Assembly (NCBI GenBank): GCA_947629405.1
Contig: CANRDL010000001.1
Span: 73,502-135,825, forward strand
Length of the DNA stretch: 62,324 nucleotides
Source of the DNA: an uncultured Bacilli bacterium
GTDB lineage: Bacteria > Bacillota_I > Bacilli_A > RF39 > UBA660
Direction: 5' to 3'
Under the pieces are notes generated by a model, which searched no databases, was not told where the DNA came from, and saw only the letters and a list, made by a program, of their open reading frames with translations. Each line of letters starts with the position of its first letter. Position 1 is the stretch's first letter. Shown here one piece after another: positions 1-7,627 of the stretch. The position numbers were made by a program, and so were the translations under genes.

Positions 1-2
1 TT

Positions 3-872
3 GTATCAATAGTGGGAAGAGCAAATACGGGTAAAAGTACTTTATTAGATTGTATTTTACAAAAAAAAGTAGCCATTACATCATCAAAACCCAATACAAC
101 TAGAAATATAATTCAAGGAATATATAATGAAGACGATTGTCAAATTGTTTTTGTCGATTCTCCTGGTATTTCTTCTCCTAAAAACAAATTAGGAAAAATT
201 TTAAATAAAGAATCTCTTTCTTTATTAAACGATGTTGATGCAATAATTTTAGTAGTTGATGGTTCTACTGCTTTAGGACCAGGCGATAAATATATGATAA
301 ATGCATTAAATAATTCTGATGTTCCAGTTATTTTAGCGATAAATAAAATTGATAAAATTAGTAAAGAAAACATTTTGTTTAAAATAAATGAATATAAAGA
401 TTTATATTCTTTTTCGGAAATAGTACCAATAAGTGCTAAAACTAATGATAATATTGAAAGATTAATTGAAGTAATAAAAAAATATTTGACAGATAATATT
501 AAATATTTTGAAGATGATTTATATACAACTAACAGTATAAACTTTATGATTTCTGAATATGTACGCGAAAAATTATTAGAAGTATGTGAACAAGAAATAC
601 CTCATAAAATAACTTGTTCAACGGTTTACTATAAAGAAAAAAAAGATATTATTGAATGTGGAGTAAATATTATTGTTGATAGAGATTCTATAAAAAAAAT
701 AATTATTGGCAAAAAAGGAACTCGTTTAAAAGAAGTAGGGATTGCTGCTCGAAAAGAAATTGAAGAATTGTTAGGTAAAAAAGTTTATTTAGAACTTCGA
801 GTTAAAACAATAAAAAACTGGCTTGATAAAGACAAATATTTAGATAATTTAGGTTTTAAAAATAATGAATAA
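3..872 (+). CDS. era: GTPase Era, 5' end cut by the window edge
   Basis: The frame is open to position 3. It reads VSIVGRANTGKSTLL (P-loop) at the start, then DSPG and NKID GTPase motifs and a C-terminal KH-like region. The era / small ORF / recO order is typical of Bacillota. Confidence 0.9.
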   Translation, partial: VSIVGRANTGKSTLLDCILQKKVAITSSKPNTTRNIIQGIYNEDDCQIVFVDSPGISSPKNKLGKILNKESLSLLNDVDAIILVVDGSTALGPGDKYMINALNNSDVPVILAINKIDKISKENILFKINEYKDLYSFSEIVPISAKTNDNIERLIEVIKKYLTDNIKYFEDDLYTTNSINFMISEYVREKLLEVCEQEIPHKITCSTVYYKEKKDIIECGVNIIVDRDSIKKIIIGKKGTRLKEVGIAARKEIEELLGKKVYLELRVKTIKNWLDKDKYLDNLGFKNNE

Positions 873-917
873 AATTTTTTAATATTTCCCAATATATAAT
901 TAGAGGAGGAAATTTGC

Positions 918-1007
918 ATGAAAGATAAATATTGGGAATTATTTAAAAAAACAGGAAAAATTGAATATTATTTAAAATATAAAAGAAGTGAAAAAAATAA
1001 TGATTAA
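918..1007 (+). CDS. YqzL-like 29-aa miniprotein, not in the ORF track
   Basis: GAGGAGGA lies 7 nt upstream of ATG 918. It translates to MKDKYWELFKKTGKIEYYLKYKRSEKNND. Its stop overlaps the recO ATG (ATGATTAA). It sits between era and recO, as yqzL does. Confidence 0.55.
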   Translation: MKDKYWELFKKTGKIEYYLKYKRSEKNND

Positions 1008-1734
1008 AAAAATAAAAGGAATTATAGTTTCAACGACGCCATTTAAAGAAACTTCTAAAATTTTAAATGTCTTAACTGAAGATGGTAAAATAGTTTCAAT
1101 GATGGCAAGAGGAGTTAAACAAGTAAAAAATGTTTTGCGAAGTAAAACTAATAATTTTACTTATGGCTATTTTTATACATATTATAAAGAAGATAAATTA
1201 TCAACTCTTACTAATGTTGATATAATTAATGATTTTGAAAATATAAAAAATGATTTAGAATTAATAAGTTATTTAAACTATTTAGTTGAACTTTCCGAAA
1301 AAGTTGCTAAACAAACAACAAGCAATAATATTTTTGATTTACTAATAACCGCATTAGAAAAAATAAATGATGGCTTTGACCCAATTATTATTAAAAATAT
1401 TTTAGAAATTAAATTTTTAGATTATTTAGGTTTGAAATTAAATTTAGATAATTGTAATAATTGTGGAAGTAATAAAGATATTGTAACTATTTCATCATCT
1501 CTTGGTGGTTTTATTTGTAAAAATTGTAATGTGGAGAATCATACTACTAATTTAAAAACAATTAAGATGATTAGAAATTATTATTATGTTAACTTATCTT
1601 CTATAAGTAAATTAAATATTTCCGATGATGTAAAATTAGAAATTGATAAATTTTTAGATGAAATGTATGAAGATTATTCTGGATTATATATTAAATCTAA
1701 AAAATTTTTAAAAAATATTGTTAACTTAAATTAA
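1000..1734 (+). CDS. recO: DNA repair protein RecO
   Basis: The N-terminal OB-fold-like stretch IKGIIVSTTPFKETSKILNVLTEDGKIVSMMARGVKQ is present, plus a CNNCG...CKNC zinc motif. The start is moved from GTG 988 to ATG 1000 because of the overlapping upstream miniORF. Confidence 0.85.
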   Translation: MIKKIKGIIVSTTPFKETSKILNVLTEDGKIVSMMARGVKQVKNVLRSKTNNFTYGYFYTYYKEDKLSTLTNVDIINDFENIKNDLELISYLNYLVELSEKVAKQTTSNNIFDLLITALEKINDGFDPIIIKNILEIKFLDYLGLKLNLDNCNNCGSNKDIVTISSSLGGFICKNCNVENHTTNLKTIKMIRNYYYVNLSSISKLNISDDVKLEIDKFLDEMYEDYSGLYIKSKKFLKNIVNLN

Positions 1735-1752
1735 ATAAGTTATAATATAATT

Positions 1753-1888
1753 AAATAAGTGTTGACGGGTGTTGGAAAACCAAGAGCTATATAATTTAAA
1801 GTGATTCTTATTTTAGAATAAGTAGGGTGGAACCGCGGAAAATAATTTTCGTCCCTATATTTTAAAATAAGAATCATTTTTTTTAGAA
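1753..1888 (+). promoter_or_regulatory. T-box leader upstream of glyQS, compact and atypical
   Basis: The T-box core TAGGGTGGAACCGCG (1823-1837) pairs with CGTCCCTA (1850-1857). UGGA would pair with a U73-CCA acceptor end, as in tRNA-Gly. A 14-bp perfect helix (1802-1815 with 1863-1876) is followed by T8. A possible promoter TTGTTA-17-TATAAT lies at 1718-1746. Stem I and the specifier could not be resolved. Confidence 0.65.
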
Positions 1889-1899
1889 AGGGAGATATT

Positions 1900-3270
1900 A
1901 TGAAAGAATTTAAAATGGAAGATTTAGTTAATTTTTGTAAACAATATGGGTTTATATTTCAAGGAAGTGAAATATATGATGGGCTTGCAAATACTTGGGA
2001 TTACGGTCCCCTTGGCAGCAGATTAAAAAATAATGTAAAAGATGCTTGGCGTAAAAGATTTATTCAAGAAAGAGAAAACGCTTATGAACTTGATGCCGAT
2101 ATATTAATGCACCCTAAAGTATGGGAAGCAAGTGGTCATGTTGCCTCATTTTCTGATCCTTTACTTGACTGTAAAGAATGTAAAACTAGACATCGCGCTG
2201 ATAATTTAATTAATGATTTTACTAATTCATCTATTGGTGATAGTATGACTAATGAAGAAAGAGTTAAATACATTAAAGAAAATAATATTAAATGTCCAAA
2301 GTGTGGCAAGGCAAATTTTACGGATATTAGAGAATTTAATTTAATGTTTCAAACAAGTAGAGGAGTTACTAATGATTCTAAAAATACAATTTATTTAAGA
2401 CCGGAAAATGCTCAGGGTGAATATGTTAATTTTTTAAATGTTCAAAGAACAATGCGATGCAAATTACCATTTAGTATTGGTCAAATTGGTAAAGCTTTTC
2501 GAAATGAGATAACTCCTGGTAATTTTACTTTTAGAACTATTGAATTTGAACAAATGGAATATCAAACTTTTTGTAAAGAAGGACAAGATACAAAACTATA
2601 TGATTATTTTAAAGAATATGGTAAACAATTTTTTATTGATTTAGGAATAAAAGAAAGTGATTTAAGATTTCATGATCATGAAAAATTAGCTTTTTATGCT
2701 AAGGCAGCTTGTGATATTGAATATAAATTTCCTTTTGGTTGGGGAGAAATTAATGGAACGCATAATCGAACTAATTATGATTTAAAAAGACATCAAAAAT
2801 TTTCTAATAAGTCAATGGAATATTTAGATCCTGAAACAAATGAAAAGTATATTCCTTATGTTATTGAATCAACATATGGATTAGATAGAACTTGTTTAGC
2901 TTTACTTTTTAATGCGCATACTATTGAAACTTTAGAAGATAATACAACTAGAGAAGTTATGAAATTCCATCCATTTATTGCTCCTTATAAAGCATCAGTT
3001 TTACCCCTTGTAAAAAAATATCATGGAGAAAAAGCAAAAGAAATTTATCAAAAATTATCTAAATGCTTTATGTGTGATTATGATGAAGCCGGATCAATTG
3101 GTAAAAGATATAGAAGAGCGGATGCGGTTGGAACCCCATTTGTTATTACAGTTGACGATGAAACATTAGGCTCTAATTTAGTTACAATTCGAGATAGAGA
3201 TACAATGAAACAAATTAAAATAAATGTAAATGACATAGAAAATTATGTAAAAGAGAAAATAATTTTTTAA
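1900..3270 (+). CDS. glyQS: glycine--tRNA ligase (single-chain alpha2 type)
   Basis: 456 aa. The N-terminal FIFQGSEIYDGLANTWDYGPLG, the class II core and the anticodon-binding C-terminus are present. A GGAG ribosome-binding site lies upstream, and the gene is preceded by a T-box. Confidence 0.95.
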   Translation: MKEFKMEDLVNFCKQYGFIFQGSEIYDGLANTWDYGPLGSRLKNNVKDAWRKRFIQERENAYELDADILMHPKVWEASGHVASFSDPLLDCKECKTRHRADNLINDFTNSSIGDSMTNEERVKYIKENNIKCPKCGKANFTDIREFNLMFQTSRGVTNDSKNTIYLRPENAQGEYVNFLNVQRTMRCKLPFSIGQIGKAFRNEITPGNFTFRTIEFEQMEYQTFCKEGQDTKLYDYFKEYGKQFFIDLGIKESDLRFHDHEKLAFYAKAACDIEYKFPFGWGEINGTHNRTNYDLKRHQKFSNKSMEYLDPETNEKYIPYVIESTYGLDRTCLALLFNAHTIETLEDNTTREVMKFHPFIAPYKASVLPLVKKYHGEKAKEIYQKLSKCFMCDYDEAGSIGKRYRRADAVGTPFVITVDDETLGSNLVTIRDRDTMKQIKINVNDIENYVKEKIIF

Positions 3271-3332
3271 GTTTTTATTGCATAGAAAAAATATAAATGC
3301 TATAATTACCTTGATACTAGGAGGTTTTTCGT

Positions 3333-3761
3333 ATGAAAAATAAAAAAGGTTTTACTTTAATTGAATTACTTGCTGTAATAGTAATTTTATCAATATTAAT
3401 ATTAATTGCTTTACCAAGTGTTTTAAATATAATGAATAAAGCAAGAAGAGATGCATTTAAAGACGAAGCGGCATCAATTGCTTCTGCTGCTGAAAATGCC
3501 TATGCAGTAGAAGATGTATCATTAAGTGATTGTACAATTACTTATGAAGATTTAGTTACTAATAAATATATCAATAAAAAAGAAAATATAGCTGCTAGTT
3601 TTAGATTTGTTGATGGAACAATTACTGAAATTGAAGTAACTGATTCAAATACAAAATTAAAGGCATCAGGTACCACAAAAAATGATATCAAAGTTACAAA
3701 AGAAGATAATTTAAGTGAAGCTCCAAATGGTGAAGGAACTTGTAATATAGGAGGCGAGTAA
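3333..3761 (+). CDS. prepilin-type N-terminal cleavage/methylation domain protein (type IV pilin or pseudopilin)
   Basis: MKNKKGFTLIELLAVIVILSIL is a canonical class III signal (G-FTLIE). There is an AGGAGG ribosome-binding site. Confidence 0.8.
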   Translation: MKNKKGFTLIELLAVIVILSILILIALPSVLNIMNKARRDAFKDEAASIASAAENAYAVEDVSLSDCTITYEDLVTNKYINKKENIAASFRFVDGTITEIEVTDSNTKLKASGTTKNDIKVTKEDNLSEAPNGEGTCNIGGE

Positions 3762-3792
3762 TCGTCTTTTTTTTATTTTATTAAATTTTTTA

Positions 3793-3821
3793 TTGACAAG
3801 TGTATATTATACACTTATAAT
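3793..3821 (+). promoter_or_regulatory. sigma-A type promoter TTGACA-17-TATAAT with a 19-bp palindrome filling the spacer
   Basis: TTGACA is at 3793-3798 and TATAAT at 3816-3821. The perfect palindrome AAGTGTATA-T-TATACACTT is at 3798-3816. Confidence 0.6.
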
Positions 3822-3841
3822 TTAATTGTAAGGTGATAATA

Positions 3842-4516
3842 ATGGAAGTGAGAAATAAACTTTATAAAAATCAAGGAATACATGTAATTACAGCCCTTTT
3901 TACTGTAGAAGAAGGAATTACGAAAGTTTTACTTATTAAAAGAAAAAATAATCCTTTTAAAGGTGATTGGGTTTTAACTGGTGGAGCATTATATAATAAT
4001 GAAGATTTAGAAGAAGGTGCTTACCGAGAAATAAAAGAAAAAACAGGAATTGAAAACATTAATATAAAACAATTTAAAGCTTTTGGTAAAGTTAATCGTT
4101 CTCCCGTTATGAGAATGGTGGCTATTGGTTTTATTGGAGTTATTGATTGGAAAAGTGTTAAAGTTTTAAGAGAAACAAAAAATACATCTAATGCTGATTG
4201 GTTTCCCATTGATAAAATTCCCCCTCTGGGATTTGACCATGAAGAGATATTACACGATGCCCTTATTCAGTTACAAAAAGAAATTGTTAAAAGTAATATT
4301 TTAAAAAGTTTATTTCCCGATGGTGTAACCTTACCAGAACTTCAAAAAACATATGAAGCAATTTTAAATAAAAAATTTGATCGTCGAAATTTTCGCAAAA
4401 AAATGTTAAATTTAGATTTAATTGAAGATACCAATAAAGTTGATAAATTTGAAGGTAATAAACCCGCTAAAGTTTATAAATTTAAAGAAAATATAAAAGG
4501 TAAAGATATATTTTAA
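3842..4516 (+). CDS. nrtR: Nudix-related transcriptional regulator (NrtR-like): Nudix domain plus C-terminal winged helix
   Basis: The Nudix box GALYNNEDLEEGAYREIKEKTGI has its second catalytic Glu replaced by Lys. The C-terminal LPELQKTYEAILNKKFDRRNFRKKML...KPAKVYKF resembles the NrtR wHTH. ATG 3842 is preferred over GTG 3833 because of AAGGTG 7 nt upstream. Confidence 0.65.
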   Translation: MEVRNKLYKNQGIHVITALFTVEEGITKVLLIKRKNNPFKGDWVLTGGALYNNEDLEEGAYREIKEKTGIENINIKQFKAFGKVNRSPVMRMVAIGFIGVIDWKSVKVLRETKNTSNADWFPIDKIPPLGFDHEEILHDALIQLQKEIVKSNILKSLFPDGVTLPELQKTYEAILNKKFDRRNFRKKMLNLDLIEDTNKVDKFEGNKPAKVYKFKENIKGKDIF

Positions 4517-4540
4517 AATATATTTTTATTTTGTTCAGCT

Positions 4541-4559
4541 ATGTGTACTAAATACACTT
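4541..4559 (+). promoter_or_regulatory. second copy of the GTGTA-N5-TACACTT inverted repeat (putative operator)
   Basis: ATGTGTACTAAATACACTT has the same half-sites and spacing as the site at 3798-3816. It lies upstream of the 4627-6866 operon. Confidence 0.4.
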
Positions 4560-4626
4560 TAGGAGGTGATTTTATTTAATAAGATATTAAATTAACAATT
4601 ATGAATGATTTAAGGAAGGTGATGTT

Positions 4627-5184
4627 ATGATTTATTTAATGAGACATGGACAAGATGATGAAAGATACATTGGTGGCTGGAGTAACAATCCATTAATTTA
4701 TAAAGGTATAAATGAAGTAAAAGACAGTGCATTTTGGATAAAAAATAATTTAAAAATAAAAAAAATTATAAGTAGTGATATTCAAAGGGCCAAAGATACA
4801 GCATTAATTATAAATAAAGAAATTAATGTAGATATATCTTATAATGATTTTTTTCGCGAACAAAATAAAGGATTATTAAATGGAATGAATGCTAAATTAG
4901 CATATTTTAAGTATCAACAATTTCTAGATAATCTTAATATTTTGTCTAAATTTCCATCTGGTGAATCATTGTATGATTTATATCAAAAAATTCAAAATAA
5001 TCTAGATAAAATTTTAACAATTGATGATGATACACTTATTATCACCCATCGTGGTGTTATAAATATGCTTTATTATATTTTAAATAATATCGAACTTGAT
5101 ATGAATAAAAAAAGATTTAATGTTGATACTGCTTCCGTACATGAACTTAATGTAAAAAAGAAAAAAATTAGAAGGGTTTGGTAA
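4627..5184 (+). CDS. histidine phosphatase family protein (phosphoglycerate mutase-like)
   Basis: The N-terminal LMRHGQ (RHG catalytic motif) and a later ITHRGV motif are present. There is an AAGGAAGGTGA ribosome-binding site. Confidence 0.8.
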   Translation: MIYLMRHGQDDERYIGGWSNNPLIYKGINEVKDSAFWIKNNLKIKKIISSDIQRAKDTALIINKEINVDISYNDFFREQNKGLLNGMNAKLAYFKYQQFLDNLNILSKFPSGESLYDLYQKIQNNLDKILTIDDDTLIITHRGVINMLYYILNNIELDMNKKRFNVDTASVHELNVKKKKIRRVW

Positions 5185-5187
5185 AAA

Positions 5188-6291
5188 ATGATAAAAAAAA
5201 TATGTTTAACTGGGGGACCTGGGGTTGGTAAAACTTCCGTACTTAATAAAATTAAAGAATATTTTACACCTTTAGGATTTAAAGTAATAATTTGTGATGA
5301 AACGGCTACTTATTTTATAAATAAAGGTATAAAACCTTTTGGCGATGGCAAAATTGATATAGTTAATTATCAAAAAATTATGATAAAGTTTCAAACTGCT
5401 AAGGAAGAAATTTTTGATTATATTGCTAAAATAATTCCTGGTGATAATGTATTAATTGTTTATGATCGCGGAACAATTGATAATTTTGCGTATATAAATA
5501 ATGAAGAATCAAAAGAAGTGTTAAATGAAAGTTGTAATAAAAATTTTGTAGATTTAATGAATCAATATGATTTAGTAATTGCTTTAGTCGGTGAGAAAAA
5601 ATTTTATACAACAGAAAATAATAAAGCAAGAAGTGAAGATCCAAATACCGCTTTGAAAATGGGAAAAGAAAATTTAAAAAATTGGTTAGGACATAATAAT
5701 TTAAAGATTGTCTTGCCAAAGGATACTATTGAAGAAAAAATAGATGAAGTATTAAATATTATTGCTGAAGAATTAAATCAAAAGCAAATAATAAGACAAG
5801 AGAAATTTCTAATAGATTTAGCAAATACAAATATTGAACATATATATCAAATTGGTAAAAAAAAGGAGATTACTCAAACTTATTTAATAAGTAAACCTAA
5901 TATTGAAAAGCGATTAAGAAAAGAGATTTTTAATGAATGTGAATCATACTATTTAAGTGTTTTTAAATTAAATAAAGATGGAACAAAAACTACAATAAGT
6001 GTAAAAGAAATTACTAAAAATATATATGATACTTTAATAGAATTTAAAGATGAAGAAAAACAAGATATTATAAAAACCAGAATTTATTTTAATCATAATG
6101 GACAATATTTACATTTGGATATATTTTCTAAAGATTCTCTTGGAATATTAGAGATAAATGTTAATAAAAATGAAAATTTAAGTATACCTAATTTTATTAC
6201 AGTAATTGAAAATGTTACTAATAATTTTCAATATTATAATAAGAACTTAGCAAATAAGAATTACCAAAAAGTTAAGAAGGAGCAAAAATGA
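5188..6291 (+). CDS. AAA_28-type ATPase (NadR-kinase-like P-loop) fused to a CYTH-like domain
   Basis: The P-loop is GGPGVGKTS, and DRGTIDNFAY is typical of the AAA_28 family. The C-terminal half runs QEKFLI...TQTYL...EKRLRK...YLHLDIFS...LEINV, which resembles a CYTH tunnel fold. Confidence 0.6.
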   Translation: MIKKICLTGGPGVGKTSVLNKIKEYFTPLGFKVIICDETATYFINKGIKPFGDGKIDIVNYQKIMIKFQTAKEEIFDYIAKIIPGDNVLIVYDRGTIDNFAYINNEESKEVLNESCNKNFVDLMNQYDLVIALVGEKKFYTTENNKARSEDPNTALKMGKENLKNWLGHNNLKIVLPKDTIEEKIDEVLNIIAEELNQKQIIRQEKFLIDLANTNIEHIYQIGKKKEITQTYLISKPNIEKRLRKEIFNECESYYLSVFKLNKDGTKTTISVKEITKNIYDTLIEFKDEEKQDIIKTRIYFNHNGQYLHLDIFSKDSLGILEINVNKNENLSIPNFITVIENVTNNFQYYNKNLANKNYQKVKKEQK

Positions 6292-6866
6292 TAAAGACAT
6301 TTACAGGACCTATGCATAGTGGAAAATCATCATCTATGTTGCGGGAATATTTTAAAATTTGGAATAAGGAACATATAATTTGTTTTAAACCTAAAATTGA
6401 TAATAGAGATTTAGGAGTAATCAAGAGTAAAAGTTTTAATAAGAGTATTGAGGCAATATGTATTAATAATTTTGAAGATATTTTGCCTTATATTAACGAT
6501 TCTATAAAAAATATTTTTATTGATGAAGTGCAATTTATAAAAGGAAATGTTAATATTTTAAATTACTTATCTCTTGCTTATGATATAAATATTTATGTTG
6601 CTGGTTTAAATATTACTAGTGATTTAAAAGGCTTTTTATGTATGCCCCAAATTCTTGCTATAAGCGATGAAATTGAAATAATTAAAGCGAGTTGTTATGA
6701 TTGTGGTAAAGATGCTTCATATACTTATTATGAAGGAAAAAAAGATAATGATATAAAAGTAGGAGATGATAATTATTATCCCCTTTGTGCTAATTGCTAT
6801 AGAAAAAGAGTTGGCAATGATGAATTAAATAATTACTTTTCTAATTTATTTGAAATAAGAAAATAA
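6288..6866 (+). CDS. tdk: thymidine kinase
   Basis: TGPMHSGKSS P-loop, FIDEVQF motif, and C-terminal CYDCG...CANC zinc motif. Confidence 0.9.
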   Translation: MIKTFTGPMHSGKSSSMLREYFKIWNKEHIICFKPKIDNRDLGVIKSKSFNKSIEAICINNFEDILPYINDSIKNIFIDEVQFIKGNVNILNYLSLAYDINIYVAGLNITSDLKGFLCMPQILAISDEIEIIKASCYDCGKDASYTYYEGKKDNDIKVGDDNYYPLCANCYRKRVGNDELNNYFSNLFEIRK

Positions 6867-6870
6867 TAAC

Positions 6871-6899
6871 TTGCAATTATTTCTTTTTTTTTCTATAAT
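6871..6899 (+). promoter_or_regulatory. promoter TTGCAA-17-TATAAT for the Ser T-box operon
   Basis: TTGCAA is at 6871-6876 and TATAAT at 6894-6899, with a 17-nt spacer. Confidence 0.6.
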
Positions 6900-6905
6900 A
6901 AACTT

Positions 6906-7107
6906 ATAAATCGTTAATGAAAGATCAGTAGTTTATTTTTATTTTTAAAGAGAGTTAGTGGTTGGTGAAAACTAATAAATAAAAATTTATGAATCTCCTT
7001 TCAAGAGTAGTTAATAACTACCGGTTATAAGCCGTTATCTAAAATTAAGTAAAATAAAGGATGGCACCGCATTTATTTGCTCCTTAAGCAATAAAAGTGG
7101 TGTTTTT
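6906..7107 (+). promoter_or_regulatory. T-box riboswitch, serine specific
   Basis: Stem I elements are present (AGAGAG...GGTTGGTGAAAAC distal region). GAA-TCT-C at 6991-6997 gives a Ser specifier (UCU, or the overlapping UCC). Stem II-like hairpins follow. The T-box core is AAGGATGGCACCGC (7057-7070), closed by TCCTT (7081-7085). UGGC matches the G73 discriminator of tRNA-Ser. The competing terminator pairs 7065-7081 with 7087-7102 and ends in T5. Confidence 0.85.
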
Positions 7108-7150
7108 AAATTAAAAAAATATTATTATGAAATTTGTGATGGTGATAATA

Positions 7151-7627
7151 ATGAATAAAGATACAAATGAATTTGAAAAAGCGGAAATACTGGTTCATGA
7201 ACTTTTTAAAGATAAAGTAGATAAAGGTGGAAACCGTTATTTAGTGCATTTATATAATGTGTCGTCAAAAGGTATAAATGATTTAGAAAAAACAGCGGGA
7301 TTATTACATGATGTCATTGAAGATATTGATTTTGTTGATGAAGAACATTTACTTAAATTAGGATTTTCAAAAGAAGTAGTCCAAATAGTAAGTATAATTA
7401 CCAAAAGAGAAAATGAATCGTATAATGATTATATTGATAGACTTATTAAGAGTAATAATTTAAATGTTTTACATATAAAAAAAGCTGATTTAGAACATAA
7501 TATGGATTTAGAAAGAATAAATAATCCTACAATTAAAGATAGGGAAAGAAATAGAGTTAAATATCAACCAAATTATCAAAAAATAATGAATAAAATAGAA
7601 GAAATGGAGAGAGATTATATATGTTAG
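7151..7627 (+). CDS. HD domain protein of the RelA/SpoT hydrolase (HD_4) type, candidate small alarmone hydrolase
   Basis: GGNRYLVHLYNV, AGLLHDVIEDI and KKADLEHN match the conserved motifs of SpoT/Mesh1-type hydrolase domains. ATG 7151 follows GGTGA; the alternative start is ATG 7127. Confidence 0.65.
   Translation: MNKDTNEFEKAEILVHELFKDKVDKGGNRYLVHLYNVSSKGINDLEKTAGLLHDVIEDIDFVDEEHLLKLGFSKEVVQIVSIITKRENESYNDYIDRLIKSNNLNVLHIKKADLEHNMDLERINNPTIKDRERNRVKYQPNYQKIMNKIEEMERDYIC

Noticed and set aside
140-373. Short overlapping or antisense ORFs inside well-supported genes. This one is an example; the others are 4021-4209, 5426-5719, 8582-8794, 12140-12346, 14236-14562, 20392-20682, 31207-31416, 43315-43521, 47933-48160, 49900-50124 and 56272-56463.
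   Set aside because: All are embedded in genes with clear family motifs on the other frame or strand. They have low-complexity or hydrophobic compositions typical of AT-rich shadow ORFs, and no ribosome-binding sites.
1762-1795. TTGACG and TATAAT-like hexamers that could be a promoter inside the glyQS leader.
   Set aside because: The spacer is 20-22 nt, too long for a sigma-A promoter. Starting there would also remove any Stem I from the T-box. The TTGTTA-17-TATAAT pair at 1718-1746 fits better.
4561-4630. A strong AGGAGG at 4561 with no start codon at a proper distance, and a 9-codon miniORF (4601-4630, MNDLRKVML) overlapping the ATG of the phosphatase gene.
   Set aside because: The AGGAGG is about 35 nt from the miniORF ATG, so it cannot serve it. 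The miniORF has no RBS of its own and no conservation evidence. It is possibly a remnant of a duplicated RBS region, so I did not call it as a feature.
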